DNA of 64,000 bases from an uncultured Desulfurococcaceae archaeon (GCA_964655125.1 CAZZLT010000046.1:82159-146158); one strand, 5' to 3'. Positions 11,598 through 21,919 are shown, counted from the stretch's first letter. Notes: generated by a model from the sequence alone, not told the origin. Numbers and translations: made by a program.

Positions 11598-13019
11598 TTA
11601 GAGTTCTAAAACCCACCTACTCCTATCCTTATAATCCATAAGCTTTATACCTAACTTCATTAACTCACTTCTAATCCAATCAGCAGTTTCGTAATCCTTA
11701 ATCTCCCTATGCTTCTGTCTAATAATTACTAACAACTCTATCAACTTATTAAGTAATTCCTCCTTAACCCCAGTATATATGTAGTTATCTAATACGCCGA
11801 GAACTTCATTAAATTCCCTCATGATTGAATATGCCTTAAGAATAGATGCTAGAGTAGGTCTTTGCTCTAAATCCCTAAATACTAATGTTGTAAGTTCATA
11901 TACGTATGCTAATGCTTTAGGAGTGTTTAAGTCATCATCCATAGCTCTATAAAAGGACTCTCTAATACTACTCAACTCTCTTAATACATTAATATCACGT
12001 TCATCTAAGTAATGTGTAGGTCCTACCTCAGTTAATAACTTCTTAAGTAGATTTACAGAACTTACTAACCTATTAAATAACTTATTAGCATTCTCTAAAT
12101 ACTCCTCTGAAAACTCTAGAGGTGTTCTATAATGTGCTGATAAGATCCATAATCTAAGAACCTCAGGTCTAACCTTATTAAGCAGGTCTTTAAGGTATAC
12201 AACATTTCCTAAGGACTTACTCATCTTCTCCTTCCTAATAGTTAGGTAACCTACGTGAAACCAGTACCTTACCCAAGGTCTTAAACCAAACCTAACCTCA
12301 CTTTGAGCCCTTTCATTCTCATGATGAGGAAATATTAGGTCTTGACCACCGCCATGAATATCGAATTGACTACCTAAGTACTTAGAACTCATAACAGAAC
12401 ACTCTATATGCCATCCAGGCCTACCCTTACCCCACGGGGATTCCCAATAAGGTTCACCAGGCTTAGCTGCTTTCCATAATGCGAAGTCATAAGGTTTCCT
12501 CTTCTCAGCTAAGAATTCCTCCTCCTGCCTCCACTCATTACGGTCTACCCTACCTGATAACTCACCATAGTAGGGGTAACTATCAACACTAAAGTATACA
12601 CTACCGGAAGGTGCTACATAAGCGTAACCTTTAGATATTAAATCCTCTATAAACTCTATAATATCCTTAATATGATCTGAAACCCTAGGATGTATATGTA
12701 TTTTAATGTTTAACTTATTAAGCATATCCATATAATCTTTAACATATCTCTCAGTTATTACCTCCCAACTCACGTTCTCATCATTAGCTTTCTTAATTAT
12801 CTTATCATCTATATCAGTAATATTCTGAATATGTAGTACGTCATACCCTTTAAGACTTAAGTACCTCTTAAGGACATCAGCAGCTACATAAGCTCTAGCA
12901 TGACCTATATGCATGTAGTCGTAAACTGTTGGACCGCAGAAATACATCTTCACTCTAAACTCATCTAACGGTTTAAACTCCTCAACCTTCTTACTTAACG
13001 TGTTATACAGCATTAACAC
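11598..13019 (-). CDS. cysS: Cysteinyl-tRNA synthetase
   Basis: Class I motifs CGPTVYDYMHIGHAR and KMSKSLGN; 473 aa. Confidence 0.95.
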   Translation of the reverse strand: MLMLYNTLSKKVEEFKPLDEFRVKMYFCGPTVYDYMHIGHARAYVAADVLKRYLSLKGYDVLHIQNITDIDDKIIKKANDENVSWEVITERYVKDYMDMLNKLNIKIHIHPRVSDHIKDIIEFIEDLISKGYAYVAPSGSVYFSVDSYPYYGELSGRVDRNEWRQEEEFLAEKRKPYDFALWKAAKPGEPYWESPWGKGRPGWHIECSVMSSKYLGSQFDIHGGGQDLIFPHHENERAQSEVRFGLRPWVRYWFHVGYLTIRKEKMSKSLGNVVYLKDLLNKVRPEVLRLWILSAHYRTPLEFSEEYLENANKLFNRLVSSVNLLKKLLTEVGPTHYLDERDINVLRELSSIRESFYRAMDDDLNTPKALAYVYELTTLVFRDLEQRPTLASILKAYSIMREFNEVLGVLDNYIYTGVKEELLNKLIELLVIIRQKHREIKDYETADWIRSELMKLGIKLMDYKDRSRWVLEL

Positions 13020-13069
13020 AAATGGGAACCACCTGAGTTATCATTACCTTAAGACTTAAAAACATTCTC

Positions 13070-13591
13070 CTAGGTACTACATCTTAATTCTCTACATACC
13101 TCAAGTACTAATTCATCAACGTTCTCTACATAAACTATTTTAGAAGTCCTCCTATCATCTATATATGGAGCTATGAATCTAACCTTATCAGTAGGTAGGC
13201 CTCTGCCACCTAAGACGAAGGTAGGTTTACCCTCATCATAAGCTGTCACTATCTCCTGGAAAGTACCTCCAGCACCACCTAAAGCTACTAATACATCACT
13301 AGTACGTACTAGTATAACACTCCTTAACCTATATGAAGTACCACTCCTAATAACTAATGAGTCTTCAGGATAGTTAATGTTTTCTAACTCTATCGGAGGT
13401 ATTATCAGTACTTTAACCCCTAACGATAATGCTTCATCAACTAATACCTTCATCAACCCCCAATACCCACCTACAACTAAGACTAACTTACCATTACAAC
13501 AACTTACTAAACCCTTAACAAATTCCTTAGTATCACTAACTAAATCAGGAGGTGCTTCACCACTATATGCTGCAACCCCTACATACCTCAT
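13070..13591 (-). CDS. LOG / TIGR00725-like Rossmann-fold protein
   Basis: GGYWGLM and ALGGAGGTFQEI (PGGxGTxxE-like) motifs; 173 aa. Confidence 0.6.
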   Translation of the reverse strand: MRYVGVAAYSGEAPPDLVSDTKEFVKGLVSCCNGKLVLVVGGYWGLMKVLVDEALSLGVKVLIIPPIELENINYPEDSLVIRSGTSYRLRSVILVRTSDVLVALGGAGGTFQEIVTAYDEGKPTFVLGGRGLPTDKVRFIAPYIDDRRTSKIVYVENVDELVLEVCRELRCST

Positions 13592-13641
13592 ACGCTGAAC
13601 CTAGCTTAGAATATAGTGTTAAGTTTAAAATCATTAATTAC

Positions 13642-13691
13642 TCAGTTGAGGATAACATCTTCATTATATCTGCTCAGCTCTTCCTCATCAC
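13642..13691 (-). ncRNA. Candidate C/D box sRNA
   Basis: The minus strand reads GUGAUGA-GGAAGAGCUGAG-CAGA-UAUA-AUGAAGA-UGUUAUCCUCAA-CUGA. That is C box, 12-nt guide, degenerate D', 4-nt spacer, degenerate C', 12-nt guide and a perfect D box. No terminal stem is visible. Confidence 0.4.
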
Positions 13692-13767
13692 TTCAATAAA
13701 TTCAACGTGTCTTAATTTATAACGTTAACTTATTAAGAGTCTAGGTTATAACTAGATTGGGACGTAT

Positions 13768-14844
13768 ATGGATGTTAAGGAGAAGTTAGAGTTGATAGGG
13801 AGGAATGCTGTTGAAGTAGTAACTCTTGAGGAGCTTAAGGAGAAGCTGGAGACAGGGGTTAAGCTTAAAGGGTATTTAGGGTTTGAACCCAGTGGTTTAT
13901 TCCATATTGGTTGGTTAATATGGGCTCTAAAGTATAGGGATTTAGTCAACGCTGGTGTTGAGATGTACTTACTTGCAGCTACTTGGCATGCATGGATAAA
14001 TGATAAGTTTGGTGGTGATATGAACCTCATTAAACTTGCTGCAAACCACGTCGTATCAGTTCTTAAGTATCTCGGTGTTGATATTAGTAAGGTTAAGGTA
14101 GTAGATGCTGAGGATTTAGTTGATGATAAGGATTACTGGGGTATACTGGTTAAGGTAGCTAAATCCGTATCGTTAGCTAGGGTTAGGAGGGCTTTAACCA
14201 TAATGGGTAGGAGGAGTGAGGAGGGGGAGACAGACTTCTCTAAACTTATATACCCCTTAATGCAGGTTACTGATATATTCTACTTAGACCTCGATATAGC
14301 TTTAGGTGGTTTAGATCAGAGGAAGGCACATATGCTTGCTAGGGATATAGCTGAGAAGTTAGGGTTTAAGAAACCTATAGCTATCCATACACCACTACTG
14401 ACAGCACTTCAAGGTGTTGGTAGGATGGATATCAAAGGTGAAATTGATGATGTGTTATCAGGTGCGAAGATGAGTAAATCACGTCCTGAATCAGCTATAT
14501 TCGTAACAGACTCTGATGAAGTTATAAGGAGTAAGGTCTTTAACGCTTACTGCCCACCACGTCAAGTGGAGTTCAACCCAGTACTAGAGTTAGCTAAGTA
14601 TATAATATTTTATGAGGAACCTAAAGAGGTAGTTATAGAACGTCCGGAGAAGTATGGTGGGTCTATAAGTATTAGTAGGTATAGAGAGCTTGAGGAGTTA
14701 TACCTTAACGGGTCTTTACACCCTGCAGATTTAAAGTCATTCGTAGTTAAACACCTTATAGACATCGTCAGACCTATACGTGAGAAAGTCCTTAACGAAT
14801 CTAAAGAGTTAGTAGAGGTACTCTTAAAACATATTAGTAGGTAG
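13768..14844 (+). CDS. tyrS: Tyrosyl-tRNA synthetase
   Basis: Collinear with the archaeal TyrRS pattern: GFEPSGLFHIGW, IYPLMQV.D, GGLDQRKAHMLARD, KMSKS, ERPEKYGG. Confidence 0.93.
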   Translation: MDVKEKLELIGRNAVEVVTLEELKEKLETGVKLKGYLGFEPSGLFHIGWLIWALKYRDLVNAGVEMYLLAATWHAWINDKFGGDMNLIKLAANHVVSVLKYLGVDISKVKVVDAEDLVDDKDYWGILVKVAKSVSLARVRRALTIMGRRSEEGETDFSKLIYPLMQVTDIFYLDLDIALGGLDQRKAHMLARDIAEKLGFKKPIAIHTPLLTALQGVGRMDIKGEIDDVLSGAKMSKSRPESAIFVTDSDEVIRSKVFNAYCPPRQVEFNPVLELAKYIIFYEEPKEVVIERPEKYGGSISISRYRELEELYLNGSLHPADLKSFVVKHLIDIVRPIREKVLNESKELVEVLLKHISR

Positions 14845-15402
14845 TTATAGTATGAAGTCGTAGAGGTCTGAAATACCTCTTATGTATAGGTATAAAGTAG
14901 CTTCCCTATAACCTAAAGAAACCCTAACTACGTGGACTGGTTTCCAATTAGGTATTTCGAAGTCAAGAGTTACTATTCGAGTACCTAACCTAGTCTCCTT
15001 ACTTAATTTAGGTTTAAGCATCTTATTAACTGAGGTTAGTAAGTACATGTACACTACTGTAGCATCACTTAATGAAATGTTGAAGAAGTCATCGTTAATG
15101 AACTGAATCTTATCACTAACACCTAACTTCCTAGCCCTCTCCTCAGCCCTAGCAATTAACTCCTTATTAATCTCAACACATACTCCCTTAGCACCTCTTA
15201 AAGCTGCCTCGATAACTACCCTACCATCACCACAGCCTAAGTCATAAACAACATCACCTGACCCTACCTTAGCTAAACCCATTATATACGGGAGTAACTC
15301 ATCCCTAGTGGGTACCCACGGAGCTAGAGAACTACCACCATTTAACGTCTGAATAAATATGCTGAGGTTCTCTAGCTCATCCTCAATCACTTCAACCCCC
15401 AA
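14845..15402 (-). CDS. Class I SAM-dependent methyltransferase
   Basis: Motif I VYDLGCGDGRVV; 185 aa. Confidence 0.7.
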   Translation of the reverse strand: MGVEVIEDELENLSIFIQTLNGGSSLAPWVPTRDELLPYIMGLAKVGSGDVVYDLGCGDGRVVIEAALRGAKGVCVEINKELIARAEERARKLGVSDKIQFINDDFFNISLSDATVVYMYLLTSVNKMLKPKLSKETRLGTRIVTLDFEIPNWKPVHVVRVSLGYREATLYLYIRGISDLYDFIL

Positions 15403-15455
15403 AATCTTTAGATATTGAAGGAGGACTTATAAATAGTTATTAAATTTGATCATCT

Positions 15456-16898
15456 TCAACTCCTAACACATGATTTAATCTTCCCTAAACCCCCCTTAAA
15501 ACTGAAGGCGTTTATCCCCTTAGCTCTTAAGGTTGAAGCCCAAATACTACTTAATTGACCACTATCACAGTAGGTAATAACTGGTCTATCCTTAGGTAGT
15601 TCTGAAATATTTAAATCGTAAATACTTACAGCATTCGGGTAATGCCATAACTCAAATTCCTTCTTATCCCTAACATCTATAACTATAGCGTTATCAGGTA
15701 TGAAGTCTAACTCTATAGTGAGTTCCTTCAATATATCGTATACGTCTGTATTAAGTAAGTCATAGATCTTAACAGAGTTTACTAACTCACTAACTACTTC
15801 AACACCTACCTTCGAAGACTCACTAATCAGTATGTTTAAATCAGCTTTAGTTGTAACCGGTCCTGAAGCGATTTTACAGAGTTCTAAAACCTTAGAAGAA
15901 TCTTCATAAGTACTTAAGTTCCTAGCTAACTTAATTATCTCGTCCTTATCCATAGATATTAACGGTCTTAGAATAGGTAATCTATACTCTACCGGTAAGC
16001 TCTCTTCAATAACTCTTAAGTTCTTAAGTGTTTGAGATGATGCTTGACCTAACGACTCACCAGTCCCTACAGCATCATAACCATACTTACGAGCTAATTC
16101 TAAAGCTATTAAGTACATAAACCTACGTAGAACTACTTGACGATAATCACTCCTCACACTCTTCAATATGTAACTTACTAAAGTGCTTAAGTCTATTAAG
16201 AATATCTTAGGGTTATAACCGTATAACCTCATAGCTAACTTCTTAATGACTTTTAAAGCGTTAAAAACATTCTCATAACTACCCATAATGTAATGGAGTA
16301 TATCAACTTCAACACCCCTCTTAGCGACTAACCACGAAGCTACTACAGAATCAAACCCACCTGAGACTAACATTAAAACCCTACCCTCAACACCTATAGG
16401 TAGTCCGTCAACACCTTGACTACACTCACGGTAGAAGTATACCTTACCACCTCTAACCTCTATGAAGACCTCTACTTGAGGATTATCTAAGTCAACACCG
16501 GTAGAGTACTTCCTCAATACATCACCAACAGCTCTCGCAACATCAACTGATGTGAAGGTATGCTGACCTACCCTCCTAACCCTAACAGCAAACTTCTTCC
16601 CGGAGACTACATCTTTGAAAAACTCCTCACTTAACCTACAAATATCACTTAACTCCTTAAACTCAAACGTAAACGCCTTACATACCCTATGAACACCGAA
16701 CACATCTTTAATTATTCCCTCAACACCTTCATCACAATCAGCATATATTATACCTTCAGATACTTTAATATCACTACATTTAAGTCCATACCTTCTTAAA
16801 GCTTCTAATATATTACTTACTAACTTATTCTCGAATTTAGGTCTAGTTCTATGAGATTTTAGAGGTATCTCACCACTAACCTTGACTATATATAACAT
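15456..16898 (-). CDS. thiI: tRNA 4-thiouridine synthase ThiI with C-terminal rhodanese domain
   Basis: THUMP-type N-terminus, PP-loop SGGFDS, and a C-terminal rhodanese-like segment with the active-site Cys in ITYCDSGQ. Confidence 0.88.
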   Translation of the reverse strand: MLYIVKVSGEIPLKSHRTRPKFENKLVSNILEALRRYGLKCSDIKVSEGIIYADCDEGVEGIIKDVFGVHRVCKAFTFEFKELSDICRLSEEFFKDVVSGKKFAVRVRRVGQHTFTSVDVARAVGDVLRKYSTGVDLDNPQVEVFIEVRGGKVYFYRECSQGVDGLPIGVEGRVLMLVSGGFDSVVASWLVAKRGVEVDILHYIMGSYENVFNALKVIKKLAMRLYGYNPKIFLIDLSTLVSYILKSVRSDYRQVVLRRFMYLIALELARKYGYDAVGTGESLGQASSQTLKNLRVIEESLPVEYRLPILRPLISMDKDEIIKLARNLSTYEDSSKVLELCKIASGPVTTKADLNILISESSKVGVEVVSELVNSVKIYDLLNTDVYDILKELTIELDFIPDNAIVIDVRDKKEFELWHYPNAVSIYDLNISELPKDRPVITYCDSGQLSSIWASTLRAKGINAFSFKGGLGKIKSCVRS

Positions 16899-16944
16899 CT
16901 TTTCTTACCGTTCCAAAATTATGAAGTTTAACTAGATTAAATCA

Positions 16945-18999
16945 CTAACTCATAAATGATAATAGTAAGTTATAGCTCGCTATATAGGTTATAAAGACTA
17001 ATGATACCACACCCATCAACTTAACTAGTATGTTTATTGAAGGTCCTGAAGCATCTTTAAGAGGATCACCTACTGTATCACCAATTACTGCTGCTTTATG
17101 AGCTTCACTACCTTTACCACCATACTTACCTTCCTCAATATGTTTCTTAGCATTATCCCAAGTATTCCCTACATTACCTTGGAATAAACCTAAGAGTAAG
17201 CCAGTAATTATTGATGCGAATAACATCCCTCCTAAGGCATACGGACCTAACGTGAAACCTACTATGAGTGGTGCTACAATCGCTACTAATCCAGGAAGTA
17301 TTAATCTCTTAATAGCTGCTGCAGTCACTATAGAGACTACTTTACCGTAGTCAGGTTTCTCCTTAAACTCCATAATCCCTGGCTTCTCCCTAAACTGCCT
17401 CCTTATCTCATCAATAAGTGTGAATGACGTATCACTAACAGCCATAATAACTAACGCTACAAACAATGCAGGTAATGTAATACCTATGAAACCACCTGAA
17501 AGGACTAGAGGGTCTATCAACGATAACTTCATTCTTAAAGTATCTAAGGACAGACCTAACTTACTTGCGTAAGCAGCTAAGAACGCTAGAGCTGTTAATG
17601 CTGCAGAACCTATAGCAAAACCCTTCGAGATAGACTTCATAGTATTACCTGCAGCATCCAACTTATCAGTTATAGCTCTAACCTCCCTACCCAGACCTGC
17701 CTGCTCAGCAATACCTGCAGCATTATCAGTTATAGGTCCGTAAGCATCTGCAGACACTACAATACCTGTAAGTACTAACATACCAACCGCAGCTAATGCA
17801 ACACCATAAATCCCGTACCAGAAACCTCCATAACTATAGAGTATGTAGTATGATACGAGCTCTGCAATAGCTATACCGACAGCTGGTACAGCTACACTTA
17901 GGAAGCCGTAGGAGAGACCTGAGAGTATAGTTAATGCAGGCCCCATCTGAGACATCTTAGCTACCTTAGCTACAGGGGGTTTATCCTTATTAGTGAAGTA
18001 GTCTGACGTTAGACCAACTATAATACCAGCTATTAAACCAGCTATAATTACTAACCAAGCCCTAATCCCTACATCAAGACCTAACATATAGGTAGATATT
18101 GGGTAGGAAATTAACGCTATAATGACTGCCCCAAAAATACTTGCTAATGTAAGTGGTCTAGAAGGATCTCCTCCCTCCCTAACCCTCACCATGAATGTAG
18201 CTAGTATTGAAGCTATGATACCAGCTGATGAAACTACTAAAGGGTATAGAACCCACGACATAACATTCTTAACAGTAAATACTGTTGCAGCTATGATCAT
18301 CGTCGAGATTATCGCACCAACATAAGACTCGAATAAGTCTGCACCCATACCAGCAACATCACCTACGTTATCACCTACGTTATCAGCTATTACTCCAGGG
18401 TTTCTAGGGTCGTCTTCAGGTATACCCTTCTCTACCTTACCTACGAGGTCAGCACCGATGTCTGCTGCCTTAGTATAGATCCCCCCACCAGCTCTAGCAA
18501 ATAAAGCTACTGTACTAGCACCGAAGCTATACCCTATAATATCATTTACTACATCAATACCACCACCATACATCACATACTGTAGAGCTATCATTAAAGT
18601 ACCTATACCTACCACGGAGAGACCCATAACCGAACCTCCTTTAAAAGCTATACTAAGAGCTTCACTTAGACCGTACTCCTTAGCAGCATTAGTAGTCCTA
18701 ACGTTAGTATTCACAGCTACGTACATTCCTAGAAATCCAGCTATAGCTGATGATATAGCCCCTAAGATATATGAAATCGCTAATCTATAAGATATAAATG
18801 ATGTAACTATAGCTATAGCTACAGCTATAATAAATATTACTGTATACTGCTTCTTAAGATATGCTGAAGCTCCTTCCTTAATAAACTCAGCAATCTCAAC
18901 CATCCTACCCTCACCAGGCGGGGTTTTAAGAATCATAATCGTAAGTATTATAGCATATAGTATTGCGATCAAACCAGCAATAATTGGTACCTCAATCAT
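16945..18999 (-). CDS. hppA: Membrane-bound proton/cation-translocating pyrophosphatase
   Basis: 684 aa polytopic protein with the signature DNVGDNVGDVAGMGADLFES. Confidence 0.93.
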   Translation of the reverse strand: MIEVPIIAGLIAILYAIILTIMILKTPPGEGRMVEIAEFIKEGASAYLKKQYTVIFIIAVAIAIVTSFISYRLAISYILGAISSAIAGFLGMYVAVNTNVRTTNAAKEYGLSEALSIAFKGGSVMGLSVVGIGTLMIALQYVMYGGGIDVVNDIIGYSFGASTVALFARAGGGIYTKAADIGADLVGKVEKGIPEDDPRNPGVIADNVGDNVGDVAGMGADLFESYVGAIISTMIIAATVFTVKNVMSWVLYPLVVSSAGIIASILATFMVRVREGGDPSRPLTLASIFGAVIIALISYPISTYMLGLDVGIRAWLVIIAGLIAGIIVGLTSDYFTNKDKPPVAKVAKMSQMGPALTILSGLSYGFLSVAVPAVGIAIAELVSYYILYSYGGFWYGIYGVALAAVGMLVLTGIVVSADAYGPITDNAAGIAEQAGLGREVRAITDKLDAAGNTMKSISKGFAIGSAALTALAFLAAYASKLGLSLDTLRMKLSLIDPLVLSGGFIGITLPALFVALVIMAVSDTSFTLIDEIRRQFREKPGIMEFKEKPDYGKVVSIVTAAAIKRLILPGLVAIVAPLIVGFTLGPYALGGMLFASIITGLLLGLFQGNVGNTWDNAKKHIEEGKYGGKGSEAHKAAVIGDTVGDPLKDASGPSINILVKLMGVVSLVFITYIASYNLLLSFMS

Positions 19000-19158
19000 T
19001 TACCAACACCTTGATAATCATTTACAAAGCCTTTATAAGTCTTAATTATAAATTTTAACATGATCAGAGTAAGCATCACTAATTAGACTTAGTTAAATAA
19101 GGTATTTACTTCTAAATTATAAATTATTCTAATTTATAATTTACTAATGATTATAATA

Positions 19159-20118
19159 TCATAAGTACTTAATAATCTCTTCAATAGCTACTCTAATTGC
19201 TTCTTTAGAGTTTAACCTAGGTTTCCAACCTAATGAACATAACTTACTCACGTCAAGTAACATAAACTTAACATCACCTACCCAACCCCTACCATCCGGT
19301 GTAGTCATTCTATGATGAAACTTAACGTTCTTTAACCCTAACTTACTTACGACTTCACTAGCTATCTCATCAACATCTACCCAATCAGTATTTCCTACAT
19401 TGAATACCTCATAACTACTCTTTAAACTCTCTAAGTTCTCCATAATAGTATTAATAGCTGTTATTAAATCACTAATGTGTAAGTAACTCTTTCTCTGCTT
19501 GCCATCACCTAAGATTTCCAACTCCTCTGGATTACTACGTAACTTCTTGATGAAGTCCACTATAACTCCATGACTTTGTCTAAAACCGATTATATTAGCT
19601 AACCTTAATATGATGCTCTTAATTCCGTATAACTTACTATAAGTTATTATTAGATTCTCAGATGCTAACTTACTAGCACCGTAAACTGATATAGGTTCTA
19701 AGGGTGAGTAGTTCTCAGGGGTAGGTATTACTTTAGCATCTCCGTAGACGGTGCTACTACTTGTGAATACTAATGATTTAACCTTATTAAACCGACATGC
19801 TTCTAAGACGTTAAAAGTTGCTAATACATTATCATTAAAATGTATTCTAGGTTCAGTTAATGAGACTCTCACCTCAGGATTTGCTGCTAGATGATATACT
19901 ACATCAACGTCTTTAAAAAGTTTGAGTAATTCATCGTTGAAGAACTTAAGGTCTGTATTGAAGAACTTAATATCACCGTTTAAGACATACCTCTCTATGT
20001 ACTCATACCTCCCAGAACTTAAGTTATCAATAACTATTACTTCAAACCCCTTCCTAAGGAGGTCTTCAACTACATGTGAACCTATAAAACCAGCCCCACC
20101 AGTTACTAATACCTTCAA
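19159..20118 (-). CDS. NAD-dependent nucleotide-sugar epimerase/dehydratase
   Basis: VTGGAGFIGSH Rossmann motif and the YGASK catalytic YxxxK. Confidence 0.85.
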   Translation of the reverse strand: MKVLVTGGAGFIGSHVVEDLLRKGFEVIVIDNLSSGRYEYIERYVLNGDIKFFNTDLKFFNDELLKLFKDVDVVYHLAANPEVRVSLTEPRIHFNDNVLATFNVLEACRFNKVKSLVFTSSSTVYGDAKVIPTPENYSPLEPISVYGASKLASENLIITYSKLYGIKSIILRLANIIGFRQSHGVIVDFIKKLRSNPEELEILGDGKQRKSYLHISDLITAINTIMENLESLKSSYEVFNVGNTDWVDVDEIASEVVSKLGLKNVKFHHRMTTPDGRGWVGDVKFMLLDVSKLCSLGWKPRLNSKEAIRVAIEEIIKYL

Positions 20119-20142
20119 AACCTACCACCACATAAAACTAAA

Positions 20143-21177
20143 TTAAAAGACTAATCTAAAACCCTTCTTCAGACCACCTAACCTTAAAAGCTTCATATAC
20201 TCTATATCAACATCACCTCTAAGAGGCCAAGGGTTTGAAGGCCTTCTAATATTATTGACCTTAATTATTAAATCAACTAACTTACTGACCTTCTCCTCCC
20301 TACTTAATGTACTCTTAATAATATCTATAGTAGGTATGCTTACGTAGTTATTTAAACACGGTGTTAAGTTACCGTTAGGTAGGACTCTAATCCTACTACA
20401 TCCAGCACAGAATATAGGGTTTGACACAGGTCTTACGACCTCCACCGTAACTCCAGTTGATAATACGTATATAGGTCTATTATGTAACTCACCCCTAACT
20501 ACTATCTTAGTAGCCTTGCCCTCCAACTCCTTAATAAACTCCTCTAAAGATGAGTGGTAATTCGTAAATACTTCCTTACCCCTACCTACAGGATGTAACT
20601 CTATTAACTGGACATGAATACCTAAGCCTTCAGCAAAACCTATAATATCCCATAATTCATCATCGTTAATACCCTTCAAAACTACAGAATTTATCTTAAC
20701 CTTATCAATACTGTATTGTATCGTCTTCTTAATGTTCGAGATAACTCTATCTAATGCTTTAACACCAGTTATTACCTCATACCTACTACTTCTTAATGTA
20801 TGTAAGCTGATGTTAACTCTATTTAATCCAGCATCAGTTAAGTCTCCAATATATTCCCCTAGGTAGAACCCGTTAGTAGTCATAGAGAGGTCTTCAGCTT
20901 TACCGTAATTCTTCAACACCCTAACAATATCAACTACATCACTTCTTAACAGTGGTTCACCACCAGTAACTTTATACTTCCTAATACCTACACTAGCTAA
21001 TGCCTCAGCCAGAACACCTATATCTTCAAAACCTAACTCATTATCTACTATATTTTGAGAACCTTCCCTATGACAGAATAAACACTTATAGTTACATCTT
21101 AAAGTGATGACAAACCTAGCATTAAATAACTGTCTTCCATACCTATCAACTAATACCGTAACGACACCAACTATAAT
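20143..21177 (-). CDS. moaA: GTP 3',8-cyclase MoaA (radical SAM), 5' end unresolved
   Basis: The track ORF (20143-20919) is only the C-terminal part. The same frame stays open up to 21219 and encodes VDRYGRQLFNARFVITLRCNYKCLFCHREG and VTGGEPLL. No ATG, GTG or TTG lies upstream of the Cys motif. Confidence 0.85.
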   Translation of the reverse strand: MIVGVVTVLVDRYGRQLFNARFVITLRCNYKCLFCHREGSQNIVDNELGFEDIGVLAEALASVGIRKYKVTGGEPLLRSDVVDIVRVLKNYGKAEDLSMTTNGFYLGEYIGDLTDAGLNRVNISLHTLRSSRYEVITGVKALDRVISNIKKTIQYSIDKVKINSVVLKGINDDELWDIIGFAEGLGIHVQLIELHPVGRGKEVFTNYHSSLEEFIKELEGKATKIVVRGELHNRPIYVLSTGVTVEVVRPVSNPIFCAGCSRIRVLPNGNLTPCLNNYVSIPTIDIIKSTLSREEKVSKLVDLIIKVNNIRRPSNPWPLRGDVDIEYMKLLRLGGLKKGFRLVF

Positions 21178-21399
21178 AGATACTAAACTAAAATATTCTT
21201 TATAGTAAACAACTATTATCTAAATTATTTCCTAAATACCAAAACTTTAGTAATAACATGTAGACATTATGAAACTATTAAATCACTTCAAAATAAACGA
21301 TTAAATTTATTAACATGAATTTACGTAATATAAGATTAGGACTACAGTAGTAGGTTCACGATAGTAAAGCTAGGAGAATCATTAAATCGGTGATGTGCG

Positions 21400-21594
21400 A
21401 TGAGAATAAATAATGGTGTATGCCCTAAATGTGGTAGTAAACTAACAGCTGTTATGGAGTCTGAAAGCAGTAGCGATGGTGTGAAGACTGTTAGATACGT
21501 GAGTAGGTGTAAGGGTTGTAATGAAGTAGATGTTATTGAGGAGATCATCATAAGACGACAAGGGAATTACTTAGAAATACTCTTAAAAAGATAG
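21400..21594 (+). CDS. Small 4-Cys zinc-ribbon protein
   Basis: CPKCG ... CKGC. Preferred over the overlapping low-complexity antisense ORF 21342-21551. Confidence 0.45.
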   Translation: MRINNGVCPKCGSKLTAVMESESSSDGVKTVRYVSRCKGCNEVDVIEEIIIRRQGNYLEILLKR

Positions 21595-21706
21595 TTTTTC
21601 AAACACCAATAAATATTATATACCCATACCTCCAGTATTTTAGGGGGATGAAATTCCATCAAATCTTTTATCATCAACTAGCATTAGACAAGGTACTAAG
21701 TACGTA

Positions 21707-21919
21707 GTGAACGTATTAGTAGAGAGATGTAAGGAGTGTGGTCTCTGTATAAATATCTGTCCTAAGGGTGTCCTAGTTAGGGGTGAGGAGTTTAACTCCC
21801 GTGGATATAGATACGCAGTTCCTAAGAATATTGATAATTGCATAGGTTGTAAGTTATGTGAGTACATATGCCCTGATATAGCCATATTCGTAGTTAGAGG
21901 TGAGGGTTATGAGGGTTGA
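21707..21919 (+). CDS. 2-oxoacid:ferredoxin oxidoreductase delta (2x[4Fe-4S] ferredoxin) subunit
   Basis: Two CxxCxxCxxxCP motifs (CKECGLCINICP, CIGCKLCEYICP); 70 aa. Confidence 0.85.
   Translation: MNVLVERCKECGLCINICPKGVLVRGEEFNSRGYRYAVPKNIDNCIGCKLCEYICPDIAIFVVRGEGYEG

Noticed and set aside
21140-21180. Frameshift or sequencing-error explanation for the missing moaA start (out-of-frame TTG, GTG, ATG at 21170, 21167, 21140)
   Set aside because: Those frames hit stops after 7-13 codons. No single indel joins them to the conserved VDRYGR sequence in a way that matches MoaA N-termini. This cannot be excluded without resequencing.
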